A DNA stretch of 64,000 nt from Felis catus (Eukaryota). The notes under the pieces are model-generated. The model saw nothing but the letters and a program-made list of their open reading frames with translations. It was not told where the DNA came from and made no database searches. Numbering within the stretch: position 1 is the first letter of the stretch; each line of letters begins with the position of its first letter. Positions 1 to 14,020 of this stretch are shown one piece after another. Where the stretch lies: NCBI RefSeq assembly GCF_018350175.1, contig NC_058368.1, positions 165,480,001 through 165,544,000 on the forward strand, written 5' to 3'. The translations under genes and the position numbers were made by a program.

Positions 1-239
1 AATGATAAAAATTTTTATTTATTTTTTATAATTTTAGTTAGTATAGAGTAATCATTTACTATAGTCTTTATTTTCATTTCCCTAATTTCCTATGAAAGTA
101 TATTTCTTTCCACATGCTTCAATGCATCCACTATCACCTTATGTTTAGAGGCAAATTTAGGAGTCTTATTAGGGCTCAGATATTACACGGTCTCCAAACT
201 ACTTTAAAATATTTTATATTGACAGTAGAAAATGTATGC

Positions 240-1805
240 ATGCTGTTTTAATTGAATTACTGAGGTATAATTTATATAATAACGTGTATCATTATCACAC
301 TTTGCTGACCTTATCAGTATACCTTTGTGTAACCACAAATATACTCAAGATATAGAGCATTTTACTCATCCTAACAAAGCTCCCTTGTGACCCTCCCTAT
401 TAAATCCCTTCCCATTGCAAGTTCCAGTCACCACATAGATAATAACTGTGCCGTAATACAAATCTCAATTATACAGAGTATATTTAGGACCAACCATATT
501 GAATAACACAGAGATATGAAAAACGCACAAAAATTTATATATTGCATACCAAACCTAAATGGTTTATGAACAAATAGAAATTATCATAGAAATAAAATAT
601 TTTGAATTCTAAGCCCTTGGAAAGATGGAAAGATGTGTATCCTGCTTTATTGGTGGTGGTAGCATTGAGCTACAAATGTTAAATAGGTTACTTTATTTAT
701 TAAAGTTGAATTCTTCTATAACCATACTGATCTTCTATTATTCAATGTCTAAGAGAGGAGTATTGAATTATGGTCTAATTTTGTCATGCATGTAAAGCTT
801 TGTAGTGGATTCAAATACTTAAATTAGTTAGGTTTTCTGAATGAGTCAAATCCATTGTCATCAACTTTTTCTTGTAACATTCCTTGTTCCGAAGCCCAAT
901 TTGTAGGATATTATAGTCACTCTTTCTTATGCAGAATATTTTCAGGGTACATGCATTTATATCCTTTTAAACTTTATCTATGTATTTTTATTTTTTAATT
1001 TTATTTTTGTTTATGAAGACAACCAATAATCCTGGCTTTCTTTTTACACAATATGACAATTTAAATTTTCTACTTGATGTGTTAATGGTTATTTGGATCA
1101 TTTGCAATTAATAGAATTTTGGATTTGATAGGATTGAACCCTATTACATTGCTGTATTCTACTTGTTCTTTGTTCTCTCTTCCTCCTTTTGAGTAAATTA
1201 ATTATTGTCAAACACATTTTTCATAGTTTTAAAGTGTATTTTAACTTATAATTATGAAATTCTATTACTTCACACATATCAGAACTTCCAATAGTATCAT
1301 CGTATTTACCTCCGTTTGTAATACTGCCATGATTCACTTTCACTGCTACACATTAGAAATATCTTGACATATTTTTGCTTTTAGCAGCAACTAAGTTTTA
1401 ATGAAATTAAATAGGAAAATATAATTGACATTTACTTCACAGTAATGATCCCTATCAGACTTCATTTATCCCAATTTCTATTTGCAGTTCTGCTAGGTAT
1501 CTTTATTTCACATTCACTTTGAACGTTTTTTTTTCTGGTAGAGAATTTTAACTTAATGGACCTTTCTTCTACCCACAGGACTTTAACATTTTTAAAATGT
1601 TATTGTCTTCATGTTTGCATAGTTTGACAAATCTGCTATCTTTCACATCTATGTTACTCATTTTTGCACTGTTAAGATTTTATCTTTGTCACATGTTTGC
1701 ACTAGTTTTAGTATGGTGGATCTTAGTTTGGTGTTCTTTTTTCCTTGTTTAGGTTCTATGATATTCTTGAATTAGTGTTTAGTCATAGTGTTTTAAATTT
1801 TAGTC
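240..1805 (-). mobile_element. Ancient L1M-type fragments (antisense)
   Basis: T-rich degenerate sequence resembling reverse-complement L1; appears to continue after the inserted L1 at 8765. Confidence 0.55.
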
Positions 1806-2373
1806 AAACTTAGATAATAGAATTCCAGTTCAAGATGGTAACGTGAGGTAGTTAGACTCTGAACTCATCTCCTCCATGCAACATACCAGTTTACACCAAT
1901 TAATAGAACAATTCCCCTTGAGGAAGAACTGAGGGGTGACTGAACAGCTACAGGACAACCAAAGATAACGAGAATGGCAAGAGAATTGTAAGAGAGACAG
2001 AGACACCATAACAAAAGGAACCCTCATTCCCGACACTTTCAATGGCAGTGGGAAGGGTTAGTACTAACGGACCAAAAACAGATACCTCTATCCTTGAACA
2101 AAGAAAAAAAAGCTGTGGTTTAAGAAAGCAAGTAACAAATAAAAAAGACAACACTAGAATTCTGCCATGCTGCAGAGATGCTATGGGAAAGCTCTCTAGG
2201 TCAGAGGGATTACAAAATGACACAGCTTAAGTTTCCATGCCACCTTAAAAATCTAGACTGGCTCAGGGTCTGGAGCCCCTAATAGGTGGGTCTGGTCCTC
2301 TCAGTGAACTTGCAACTTTTGAGTCTCAGGTCCACAAGCCCACACCAGCCCTTTTGCACTGGGACACAGAAAC

Positions 2374-2520
2374 AGGAGAAAAGAGAAGAGAAGAGAAGAG
2401 AAGAGAAGAGAAGAGAAGAGAGGAGAGGAGAGGAGAGGAGAGGAGAGGAGAGGAGAGGAGAGGAGAGGAGAGGAGAGGAGAGGAGAGGAGAGGAGAGGAG
2501 AGGAGAGGAGAGAAAAGGAG
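2374..2520 (+). repeat. (GAGAA)n(GAGAG)n pentanucleotide microsatellite within a 147-nt pure-purine tract
   Basis: Direct reading. Confidence 0.97.
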
Positions 2521-3404
2521 TAAAGAAATAAAAAGAGAAAGAAAGAACGAACGGGAAAAAAAAGCTGCAGTTTATAGGGGCCAAGGAGATGCAAGAACAC
2601 TCTCTTCCTTTCCACCTTAAAACCCCAGACCTGAGCAGGGTGTGGACACCATAAGGACAGGCTCAGATGCCATGATTACAGGAACAGAAGAAGTCTCAGT
2701 TTAAAAGGGCCAAAAAATAAAAAAAATAAAAAAAAACAACCAAAACTGTGAGAACTTTACTTCTCGCTCCACCTTGAAAGCCCAACCTGGATCACAGTTT
2801 GGCTCATTGCGAGCTGACCTGAGCAAAGACAGGGGCCATAAGTCCAAACCAGTCACCCCATGGTACAGAAACACAGAAAAGAAGCCATGGTTTGGGGTGA
2901 GTGTATGTGTTTTTAACTTTTTAAGATTTGCCTTATTTTTATTTTCTTTTTTTTTCTTTTCTTTCATGTTTTTTTCTTGTTTTCTTCTTTTTAAATTTTT
3001 TCTTTTATTTTTTTCTTTTATTATTATTACTTTTTATTCTTGCTGTAAAAATCCATGGTTTAAAAAAGTAACTAGCATATACAGACATAGTTCCAGCCAG
3101 CCAGCAAAAGTCACCAAACACACACAGTGCATAGAGGACCCCATTTACAAAACCACTACTTCAAATTTAGAAATAGCTGTTTCACCTAATACATAGGAAC
3201 AAACAGAAAGTCAAGCAAAATGGGGAGACAGAGGAATATGCTCCAAAAGAAATAACAAGGAAAAAACCTCAGAAAAAGAACTAAATGACACCAAGATAAG
3301 CAATATGCTGATAAATAATTTAAATTAATGATTGTAAAGGTACTCAGTAGGGTGGGGAAAATAATGTACAATTTTGGGGATACTTTCAATAAAAATAAAA
3401 TATT

Positions 3405-3616
3405 GGGGTGCTTGGGTGGCTTAGTCAGTTAAGCATCTGACTTTGGCTCAGTTCATGATCTCTTGGTCCATGGGTTTGAGCCCCACATTGGGCTCTGTGC
3501 TGATAGCTCAGAGCCTGAAGCCTGGTTCAGATTCTGTGTCTTCCTTTCTCTGTCCCTCCCTCACTTGCACTATGTCTCTCTTTCTCAAAAATAAACATTA
3601 AATAACTTTAAAAAAG
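3405..3616 (+). mobile_element. CanSINE (SINEC) inserted in L1 ORF1
   Basis: GGGGTGCTTGGGTGGCTTAGTC head, CT-rich region, AATAAA tail. Confidence 0.93.
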
Positions 3617-6600
3617 GAAATTAAAAGGGACCAGAGTCGAAGAATACAATAACTGAAATTAAAACAAACAAAAAAAACATATTAGAGGGGGTCACCATAG
3701 ATTAGAAGATACAGAAGAACACCAGTGATCTTGTAGAAACAGTAATGAAAAGTTTAACAGTAAGAAGAGAAAAGGGTTTTTAAAAATGAGCATAGATTAA
3801 GAGATCTCTTTGACAACATCAAGCAAACAAACACTCTCAATACAAAGGTCCCAGAAGAAAAAAAAGAGAGAAAGGTGGAGAAAACTTATTTAAGAAATGA
3901 CTGCAAACTTCTCTCACCTACAGAGGGAAACAGACATCCAAGTCCAAGAAGCACAGAGAGTTCCAAACAAGATAAATCAACGGGCATGTAATAATGTCTA
4001 CACCGTGGCATATAATAATTTAAATGCTTAAGTTTAAAGATAAAAAGACTCTTAAAGGAAGCATAAGAGAAACAATAAGTTACCTAAAGGGAAAATCTAT
4101 AAGACTATGAGATGATTTTTAATCAGAAACTTTACAAGTCATAGCTAGTGTCATCATATATTCAAAGTGCTCCAAGAAAAACAAAACAAAACAAAAATAC
4201 AACCCAGAATACTCTATCTAGCAAGGTTATCGCTCAGATTTGAAGGCAAGAGAGAGTTTCCCAAAAAAATATAAAGGAGTTTATTACCAGTAAACCAGCT
4301 TTACAAGAGATGTCAAAGGAACTTTTTAAGTGGAAAAGAAATGACTCTAATAGACATAATAAAAAATATAAATAAAAAATGTAAAATACGACAACATATA
4401 CCTAAAATGTGGATAAGACTAAAGAGGGAGGATAGGAAGAAAATGATTATTTTGGTTATTTTTTTAAAGAATGTGTATGAACTTAAATGATTATTAAGTT
4501 AATATGGACTGCTCTTTACACAGGATGTTATAATATGAAGCTCATGGTAAGTACAAACTAAAACCCTTAATAGACGCAAAAAAATAGATTAAAAAAAAGA
4601 AAGAAAGCCAAACAAAACACTATAAATACTCATGGATCACAAAGAAGAAAAAAAAAGCAAAAAACTAAATAAACAAGGAAACAGAATTTTAAAAATAGCA
4701 TTAAGTACACACCTATCTATAATTACTTTAAATCTAAATGGCCTAAAATCTCCAATTAAAAGCCAGCGGCAGAATGCTTTTTTTAAAAAATAATAAAACA
4801 AGATCCACCTATATGCTGCCTTCAAGAGACTCACCTCAGACCTAAAGAAGCATACAGACTGATACTGAAAGAATGAAAAAACATTCACCATACAGAAAAA
4901 AAAAAAAAAAAGCCAAGGCAGCAGTACTTATATCAGACAAAATAAGCTTTAAAACAAATATCATAATAAGAGACAAAGACGGTATTTACATAAAGATAAA
5001 AGGAACTACCCAATAACAATTGTAAATGTCTACCCAATACTTGAGCACCTAAGCACATAAAACAAATAATAATGGACATAAAATAAGAAATTGATGCCAA
5101 TACAATAATAGTAGAGGACTTTAACACTCCATTTATATCAATGGATAGATCATCCAGCCAGAAAATCAGTAAGTGACCAATGTCTTTGAATTATACTTTG
5201 GACCAGATGGATAAAACAGTGTATACAAGAGAGTATACATGCTTTTCAAGTACACATGGAACAGTTTTCAGAATAGGTAACATATGAGGCTACAAAACAA
5301 GCCTCCATAAACTTAATACGATTGAAATTATATCACGCATCTTTTCTGACCACAATGGTATGAAACTAGAAGCCACAAGAAAAAAATACTGGAAAAAACA
5401 CAACCATATGGAGACTAAGCAACAGGATACTAAACAACAAATAGGTCAATGAAGCAATCAAAGAAGGAATAAAAAAATGCATAGAGACAAATGAAATGAA
5501 AGCACAACACTCCAAAATCTCTGGGACACAGTGAAATCAGTTCTAAGAGAGATGTATAAACCAATATAAAAACCAAGACAGGCCTACCTCAAGGAACAAC
5601 AAGGAAACAAAACGAAACAAAACAAATAAACAATCTAACATTACCCCTAAAGGAACTACAAAAAAACAAGAAACAAAGCCCAAGGTGAGTAGAAGAAAAG
5701 AGCTAATACAAATTAACATAGAAATAAATTATTAAAGCCAAAAAACAAAGGGGGGGGGGGGCGGAAACAAATGAAATGAAGAGCAGCTTGTTTGAAGTGA
5801 TACACAAAATTGACAAACCCTTAGCCAGACTCACCAAGAAAAAAAGAGAAAAAAAATCCAAAGAAATAAAATCAGAAATGAAAGAGAAGTAACAACTGAT
5901 ACCACAGAAATTCAAAGGATCTTAAGAGAATATTATAAAAATTATATGCCAACAAATTGGTCAATCTGAAAAAAATGGCCCAACTCCTTTAAATATACAA
6001 TATTCTAAAACTGAACCAGGAAGAAATAAAAAACTTGAACACTGATTACAAGTAACAAAAATGAATTAGTAATGAAAAAAACCTACCAAAAAATTAAAGT
6101 CTAGGACCATAAAGATTCACCAGTGAATTCTACCAGACATTTAAAGAGGAGTTAATACCTATTCACAAACTATTCCAAAAAATACAAGATGAGGGAAAAC
6201 TCTCAATGTTGGCCATGAGGCCAACATTATCCTGATACTAAAACCAGACAAAGACACCACAAAAAGAGAGAAAACTATAGTCCAATATCCTTGATGAACA
6301 TAGATTCAAATATCCTAAAATATTAGCCAGCTGCATGCAAGAATACATTAGAAAGATCATTCCTCCCTAATGGGATTTAGTCCTGTGATGTAGAGACAGT
6401 TCAATATTCACAAATCAATGTCATGCATTATATCAACAGAATGAAGGATAAAAATCATGTCATCATCTCAATAGATGTGAAAAAAAATTGACAAGATTGA
6501 ACATCCATAATAATATATCTCAACAAAATGGAGTTACAGGGAGCATAACTCAACATAATAAAGACTCTATACTAACAACCCACAGGTAACATTATCCTCA

Positions 6601-8764
6601 AAGGTGAAAAACAGAACTTGCCCTTTAACATCAGGAACAAGACAAGGATGTCTACCCTCGTCATTTTTATTCAACATATTACTTGAAGTCCTAGCTACAG
6701 CAATCAGACTAGAAAAAGAAATAAGAGACATCCATATTAGTAGGTAAGAAGTTAAACTATTATCTCCAATTTCTATTTGGAGACAACATGACACTATACA
6801 TGGAAAATCCTTAAAAAATCTACTAGAATAAACAAATTGAGTAAAGTGGAAGAATCCAAAATGAATACCTGGAACTAGGTAGCATTTCTATGGAGTATCA
6901 AAGTCACAATAAGAAATTTTGAAAGTAACACCATTTACAATTGTATCAAAAGGAATAATATACACAGGAAAAAAACTGTGTATATTCACCCAGATGGTGA
7001 AAGAGTTGTAATTGAAAACTGAAAACAGTGATGAAAGAAATTGGAGAGGACATAAACAAATGTGAAGATGTTCCATGCTCCTGGATTTGAAGAATATTGT
7101 CAAAATATCTATATTACTCAAAGCAATCTACAGATTTAATTCAACCTCTAACAAAATATGAATAGCCTTTTTCACAAAACTAGAACAAATAATACCAAAA
7201 TTTGTACAGAACCACAACAGACCCTGAATCGCCAAAGAAATCCCGAGAAACAAAGCTGGAGATAGTCACGATTCCAGGTTTTAAGATATATTACAAAACT
7301 GTAGTAATCAAAACAGTATGAAACTGGTGCAAAAATAAACACATAGATCAATGTAACAGAATAGAGACCCCAGAAACAAACTCACATTTATATGGTCAAT
7401 TAATCTATGACAAAGGACACAAGAACATACAATAAAGACAGTTTTTTCAATAAATAGTACTGGGAAAACTGACAGCTACATGTAAAAGCATCAAACCAGA
7501 CTACTTTCTAACACCATACACAAAAATAAACTCAAAATGGATTAAATACATAAATATGAGACTTGAAACCATAAAAATTCAAGAAGAGAACACAAGCAGT
7601 AAATTGTCTGACATTAGCCACAGCAACATATTGGTAGATATGTGTCCTCAGTCAAGGGAAACAAAGTAAAAATAAACCATTGGGACTACTGCAAAATAGA
7701 AAAGCTTTTGCACAGCAAAGGAAACCATTCACAAAACAAAGAGACAACTTATGAATGGGAGAAGATATTTGCAAGTGATATATAAGGGCTTAATATCCCA
7801 AAGAAACAACCCATGAAACTCAACATCCAAAACAACACAATTAAAAAATGGCAAAGACTTGAATAAAGAAGATGTACAGATGGCCAAAAGACACATGAAT
7901 AGGTGCTCAATGTCACTCATCATCAGGGAAATGCAAGTCAAAACCACAATGAGCTATCACCTCACACTTGTTAGAATCGTTAAAATCAGTAAGACAAGTG
8001 TTGGCGATGGTAAGGACGAAAAGGAAGTCTTGGGCACTCTTTGTGGAAATGTAAATTGGTATGGCCACTGTGCAAAACAGTATGGAGGCTCCTCAAAAGT
8101 TAAAAATATAAATAATATATGATCCAATAATTCCGCTATTGGGTATTTACCCAGGGAAAATAAAAGCAACTTAAAAATATATAAGCACTCTTATGTTTAT
8201 TAAAGCATTATTTACAATAGCCAAGACACAGAAGCAATGTAAGTGTCTATCAGTAGACAAATGGAAAAGGAAAATGGCACACACACATATACTATGGGAT
8301 ATTACATAGCCATTAACAAGAATAACATTGTGCTATTTGAGACAACATGCGTGGACCTAGAGGGTATGACGGTAAGTGAAATAAGTCAGACTAAGAAACA
8401 CAAATACCATTTGATTTCACCCATAAATGTTATCTTTTAAAAAAATGAACAAACAAAAAAGGAGAATCAGAACTTTAAATACAGTGAATAAAATGATGGT
8501 TGCGAGAGTGGAGGGCACTGGAGGTTTGGGGCAAAATGGGTAAAGGGAAGAGGGAGATGCAGGCCTCCAGTTACGAAGTCATGAGAGGAAAATGCTGAGC
8601 ACAAGGAATACAGTAAATGATATTGTAAAAGCAATGCAATGGGACAGATGGTAGCTATACTTGTGAACATAGCATTATGTATAAACTTGTCAAATCACTA
8701 AGTTGTACATGATAAACTAATGTAACACTAACATGTCAACCATATTTTAAAAACTTAAAAAATA

Positions 8765-9600
8765 TTTGTTACTCTCTTATTCAACTATTTTCTTGACGTC
8801 CTTCCCTTGGGGACTCCAATTGCACATTATAGTAGGTAGCATGAAATTGTTTTGTAGGCAGTGAGTCTGTTCTCTCAATGCTTTACTTTGGAAAAAAGTG
8901 TATTGTTATATATTGATTTTAATAATAATTGCTACTATAATGCATAATCTACTGCTAATTCCATCTGGTGACATTTAAATTTCATGTGGTTCTATTTTAT
9001 ATCTTAATCTTCTGTCATCAATATGTTTAGGCTTTCCTGCAAATAACTGAATGTTTTATAATTCCTATTATAAAGTCATGGTGTCATAATTCTATAACCT
9101 CTGTCACTTCTGGATTAGCTTGTATTGACTGATTTTTTGCCTGTTTATATATAACATATTCCTGCTTCTCACAAAGTGTGAAAAATTTTTATTGTATGCT
9201 AGACAATATGATACTAGGCATTGTAAATATTATGTTGTTTAATGTCTCTAATTTGCTCTCCTCTATTAAAAATCGTTAGACTTTGTTCCAGCAAGAAGTT
9301 AAATTGGTCCCTACAAGGCTTAATCTATCCTTTCATTGGTAATTCAAGATTTTGGGGGTTATTATTGCTTTTAGTCCCTTTAATCATAATCACAAACTTA
9401 CCTCTGTGCACAATTACAGAGCTATTGTCAGGGTCAACTTGTTTGTTTCACTTCTCACAGTGATCAGTTTTCTTCAGCGTTCCTTAACTCTTGTTTGAAA
9501 ACCATTGTTTCTTTTTATCCCTCACTTTATAGTAGTGTACATTGCAAGGGTTAATTCATTTTTGTTGCCTTTTCAATGGCCAGTAGTGGAAGTCTGTGTA
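8765..9600 (-). mobile_element. Ancient L1M fragment (antisense, ORF1/5' region), continuation of the 240-1805 remnant
   Basis: GGGACTCCAATTGCAC and similar motifs typical of reverse-strand old L1 ORF1. Confidence 0.55.
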
Positions 9601-9730
9601 CATTAGTGCTAATTTACACCTTACAATAAGTAACTGATGTATATGACTCATTAACAAACACAATGGTGGTGGTTGTTAGTATTAAACAGACTCTAATGCT
9701 GAGCCAAATAGCAGATCTAAATCCACAAGA

Positions 9731-9955
9731 GGGGCGCCTGGGTGGCGCAGTCGGTTAAGCGTCCGACTTCAGCCAGGTCACGATCTCGCGGTCTGTGAGT
9801 TCAAGCCCCGCGTCAGGCTCTGGGCTGATGGCTCAGAGCCTGGAGCCTGTTTCTGATTCTGTGTCTCCCTCTCTCTCTGCCCCTCCCCCGTTCATGCTCT
9901 GTCTCTCTCTGTCCCAAAAATAAATAAACGTTGAAAAAAAAATTTAAAAAAAAAT
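9731..9955 (+). mobile_element. Young felid CanSINE
   Basis: CpG-intact tRNA-like head, CT region, A tail; TSD core TCCACAAGA 9722-9730 and 9956-9964. Confidence 0.96.
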
Positions 9956-10529
9956 TCCACAAGAGCAATGCTATCCAGAATATTAGCATAAGGACTAATA
10001 TTATTTTCATTTGAATAACTGGTGTTCATAATATGTGTATTTTGTGGGTATAATATCTTTGTATGTAATATTTTCTAGTGGCTGGTAGATCAGCAGATTA
10101 ATATTTTTGAGTACCATTCTATGCCCAGTCCTCTTCATTCTTATGTTCTCCCACAGAACACAAAATGAAAGATTTTATAGCATTCTCAAACTACAAGTTT
10201 TATTAGTTATGCGATTGCTTCCTATTTCAATGAGCCTTTCTTGCAGAGTGCTTAACTGGCAGATAGGTGGTATGTGATTGACTATATAAACTGTTCTTGT
10301 GACTATTTACCAATAAATGTTTGAATATGTGGCAGATTCACATTAGACATATTTGATAAAAGCAAATTCCTGGTAGCAAGGAAATAACTCACTAGTGCCT
10401 CTAAAGGTTTTTTTTAAATAAAAATAACCTGACAATTATGAGTGTACAAATTGCTTAAATAACTCCTTTAGAGCAGATACATATTGACTTATCTGATGTA
10501 TATAATACTTACATACAAGTAATTTAATA

Positions 10530-10645
10530 ATTAGAGATGTGCCCATATCCCATCACTAGAGTTTCTAATTTTCTGGAAACCTAAGAATCTGTATTTTTTA
10601 CATCTCTGAAAGTTTTTCTGATATGCAGCCAAAACTGAGGTTAAC
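10530..10645. mobile_element. Possible MER5-like hAT-Charlie fragment
   Basis: CCTAAGAATCTGTATTTTTAC...TTCTGATATGCAGCCAAAACTGAG resembles MER5A end (recalled). Confidence 0.4.
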
Positions 10646-11859
10646 AATGTTTTCAAGGGACCTAACAGATGATATAATTTGATTCCTTTACCATAAGAAA
10701 AGATGAATCAAAGGATTTTTTAAGTTCTCAGATTGCATAAAATTTGGTTTCTAAGAACTGCCAACCCATTTCCTTCTTCCCACATCATGCTATTCATACA
10801 CGTAGAATTTATAGGTTAATTACTGAGGAAATCGATTAGATATGATGCTACACAGAGTACTTTTCTGTTTCTGTGTGCATTTAGTATCCCCTTTGAATCC
10901 AGTGCTCATGTCCTCATCTTTTTAAGTTACTATTTTATATGAAGAATAACAGGAACAAGAAGAAAAAAAATCTTAGGTTTTAAATGTCATTTTTGAGACA
11001 TAATTTCAGTTATATTTTGCTGCTTATTCTGAATTTACATAACAAGGATGCATGAATTTATATTGTGACTCATTGTCATGTAAATATATGAAAAGTTCAT
11101 AAATTTAAATGTTTTTCAGACATCTGTTTGACCTGTTGTGGAAAGTTTCTCCTCAGGGGGTATACATCTACTTCATATTTGATAGCATGACACTTTCTGC
11201 ATCTTACTGTCTTATTTTAGAAAAGGAAACAGAGACCATCATTGTGAGAACAGAATGCCAACAAACTGGTAAAACTCTAATCAAGTTTGAAAAAATGATT
11301 TGAATTGGGCATGTCATTCAAAGCTCTAGCTTACTGAAATGTGATTTTAGAAAATAAATTTGCTCAACAATAAAAATGATAAGTCTGAATTTTAATGCAA
11401 AGAAAAGATAACAGAAAAACTTAGCGTTTTAACATATTCAGATTTTTTGAAGCATGCTTGCTATTTGCTTAAAAATTTAAGTCAATAGAAAGACCATAAT
11501 ATAAATACTTCGTGTTAATTCCTAATAATATGATGAATATTCAGAAGTTATTGACAAGCAGATGGTCATTGTAAATATTTTGGTCAACATTTTTTACTGT
11601 GAGACTGGCTTCAAGGTTCAGAAAAAATATTTTAATGCACTTGAACATATAAATATAAGAATGTTAATAGAAATTCAGAGAGACGTAAAACCATAAATTC
11701 CATTTTGTGTCATTAAAAAGTCTAGATGAGTAGTTAATGAATAATCAAGTATACTTGAAAATTTTTATCTCATTATCTGAACAGAACAGATGTCATCAAT
11801 ATTTAGTACCCCTTTATAATAAGAAGCATAGGTCTCAGGCTTTCATATATATGCATATA

Positions 11860-12400
11860 TGTTTTAAATTTTATATTGTGATATACACGCAGAAAAATGC
11901 ACATATCTTAAGTGTATAGTTTGGTATATTTCATAAGCTGAATATACTTTCATAACCAACACCAAAATAAGAAAGAGATATTACCTGGAAAACAGAAGCC
12001 TCAAATTCTTTTCCAGTCACAATCAAATTTTAAGATTGGCTTCTTAGGGCACCTGGGTGGCTTTTTTGTTTAAGTGTCCAGTTCTTGATTTCGGCTCGGG
12101 TCATGATCTCATGTTTCATGAGTTCAACCCCGGCATCAGGTCTGTGGTGACAGTGCAAAGCCTGCTTGGGATTCTCTTTCTCCCTCTGCCCTTCCCACGC
12201 ATGCTCTCTCTCAAAATAAATAAACTGACATTTTTTTTTAAAAGACTGGCTTCTAACGACACAAATTAGTTTTGCCTGCTTTGGCACTTTGTATATTAAG
12301 TGAATCAGAGAATACATATCCAGAGTCTAATGGACAGGACATCATTATATTTGTTAGTCTTATCCATATTTTGGTGTATAGAAGATTCATTAGCCACATT
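11860..12400 (-). mobile_element. Old L1M 3'-end fragment (antisense), interrupted by a SINE
   Basis: AAAATGCACATATCTTAAGTGTATAG and TTAGTTTTGCCTG motifs of reverse L1M 3'UTR. Confidence 0.6.
12047..12241 (+). mobile_element. CanSINE (older)
   Basis: SINE head and tail; TSD AAGA(T/C)TGGCTTCT 12032-12044 and 12242-12254. Confidence 0.92.
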
Positions 12401-12770
12401 TTTATTTCTCTTAATAAACTAAAATTATTAGTAAGAAATTTTCATTCTTAGAAATAGAAATCTGTATCTCAAGTAAATAATCCAAAGTAAGTATGAACAG
12501 AAAAATCTTATTGCTAGCATTTAAATATTTCCTACAAAGTCTAAATCTGAAATTTTTTAAATATACAAGTATAAAACTATGCTTGTTCAGAGATAGTTTT
12601 TTTAATATCTTAATATTAAAATTAATGTCCTATTTAAAATGCCTTTTAAAAAAGAAAAATAGGATACTCCTCAATGTTTAAAATAAATAAAAATAAATTT
12701 AAATACAGTTAAGTCATTATCATTACAACTTAATAGAAACACTGCTGTCTGTATTTTTCTAAAAGTTTCT

Positions 12771-12957
12771 GGGGCAACGGGGTGGCTCAGTCAGTTAAGT
12801 GTCTGACTTCAGCTCATATCATAATCTCTCGGTTCATGAGTTCAAGCCCCACATCAGGCTCCACACACAGTGCAGAGACCACTTGTGATTCTCTCTCCCC
12901 TTCTCTGTGCCCCTCCCCAACTTGCACTCTCCTTCTCTCTCTTCCTCTCAAAAAAAA
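12771..12957 (+). mobile_element. CanSINE
   Basis: SINE head and tail; TSD AAAAGTTTCT 12761-12770 and 12958-12967. Confidence 0.92.
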
Positions 12958-13813
12958 AAAAGTTTCTAAGTACATTACAAAAAGTTCATAAAAGTGGTCC
13001 TATACCCAGAAACTAGAAATTGTGGCCCCATTTTCCATAAAAATTACATGCCTTGTGTGAATTAAATGTTAGGAATGGTTTTTTGATTGCTTTGACTGAA
13101 CCCTATTTTAGTGTTGTTCCCCTAACAGTAATGAGCCAGTTTTAAGATTGGCATTTCCGCCTTAGAGACTAAAATAGAAGTGATTTTTCTAGCTGCATAT
13201 GCTCCCTCCAAAAACTCTCCAAACACATATATTTACTAATTACAACATACTACAGAAGACATGGAAAAGTAGCATATCTTCAACATCCAATTATTTGTCA
13301 TTTTCTGTAAAATATGTGAAACTCCAGAGAAGAGTAATTCTGGATTTAAATAAGCAATGTATTTTACTCTCAAGATAGGTGTTCATTTTAATTTTTAGTC
13401 ATAGTGTTTGTTTTTGCTTTTTTTTGGCCATCTGTAGTGGAAGTAAGGGCCCTATTACCTTATAGTTGTAATACGCATCTATGTGCCTTTCACATATTAG
13501 ATGTTTAAAATATGTTGCATGACTGACATTTATCATTTTTGAGAGAAAACATTTTCACTCTCCAGACTAAGAAAAGCATTTGGGAATGTGAAGTGGATTA
13601 GGTGTATCATGTAATCCACTTGGACATTTAAGTCTGCTCAAATTATACATGGCACTATTAAGATGATTTTTTTAAATATAAAACAAATTGGGAAGTGCTG
13701 TAGTTTTCAACAATAGTGTTGCTCAATATTTGAGGACATTGTTAACTTTTCTGTAGTTATGTCCACCGAATATACTTAATGTATAGATTTTAACAAAGAA
13801 ACCTGTTATGTTT

Positions 13814-14020
13814 AAAGTTTATTTACTTTTTATTTATTTTGAGAGAGGGATAGAGAGTAAGTGGGGAAGGGACAGAGAGAGAGAGGGAGAGACAGATTCC
13901 CAAGCAGGCTCTGTTCTATCAGTGCAGAGCCTAATGCTGGGCCTCAACCCGCAAACTGTGAGATCATGACCTGAGCTGAAATCAAGAGTCAAACAATCAA
14001 CTAAGCCACACGAGTGCCCC
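13814..14020 (-). mobile_element. CanSINE
   Basis: Reverse SINE ending GTGCCCC; degenerate TSD AGAAACCTGTTATGTTT / AGAAATCAGTTATATTT. Confidence 0.9.

Larger units (their letters stand above)
1820..8750 (+). mobile_element. Older near-full-length carnivore LINE-1, heavily degenerate
   Basis: 5' CAAGATGG start (1831); ORF1 remnant about 3220-4330; ORF2 remnant about 4695-8430 (EN, RT, C-terminal nucleotide motifs); L1 3'UTR; degenerate TSD AAACTTAGATAATA 1806-1819 vs AAACTTAAAAAATA 8751-8764 (12/14). Confidence 0.9.

Noticed and set aside
2279..2620. ORFs with EERRG / SSPLL repeats
   Set aside because: Translations of the pentanucleotide microsatellite
9731..9810. tRNA-like A/B box sequences
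   Set aside because: CanSINE heads, not tRNA genes
11221..11268. 48-nt plus-strand micro-exon candidate (KETETIIVRTECQQT)
   Set aside because: Good acceptor but weak donor (gtaaaa), no partner exons, unrecognised peptide
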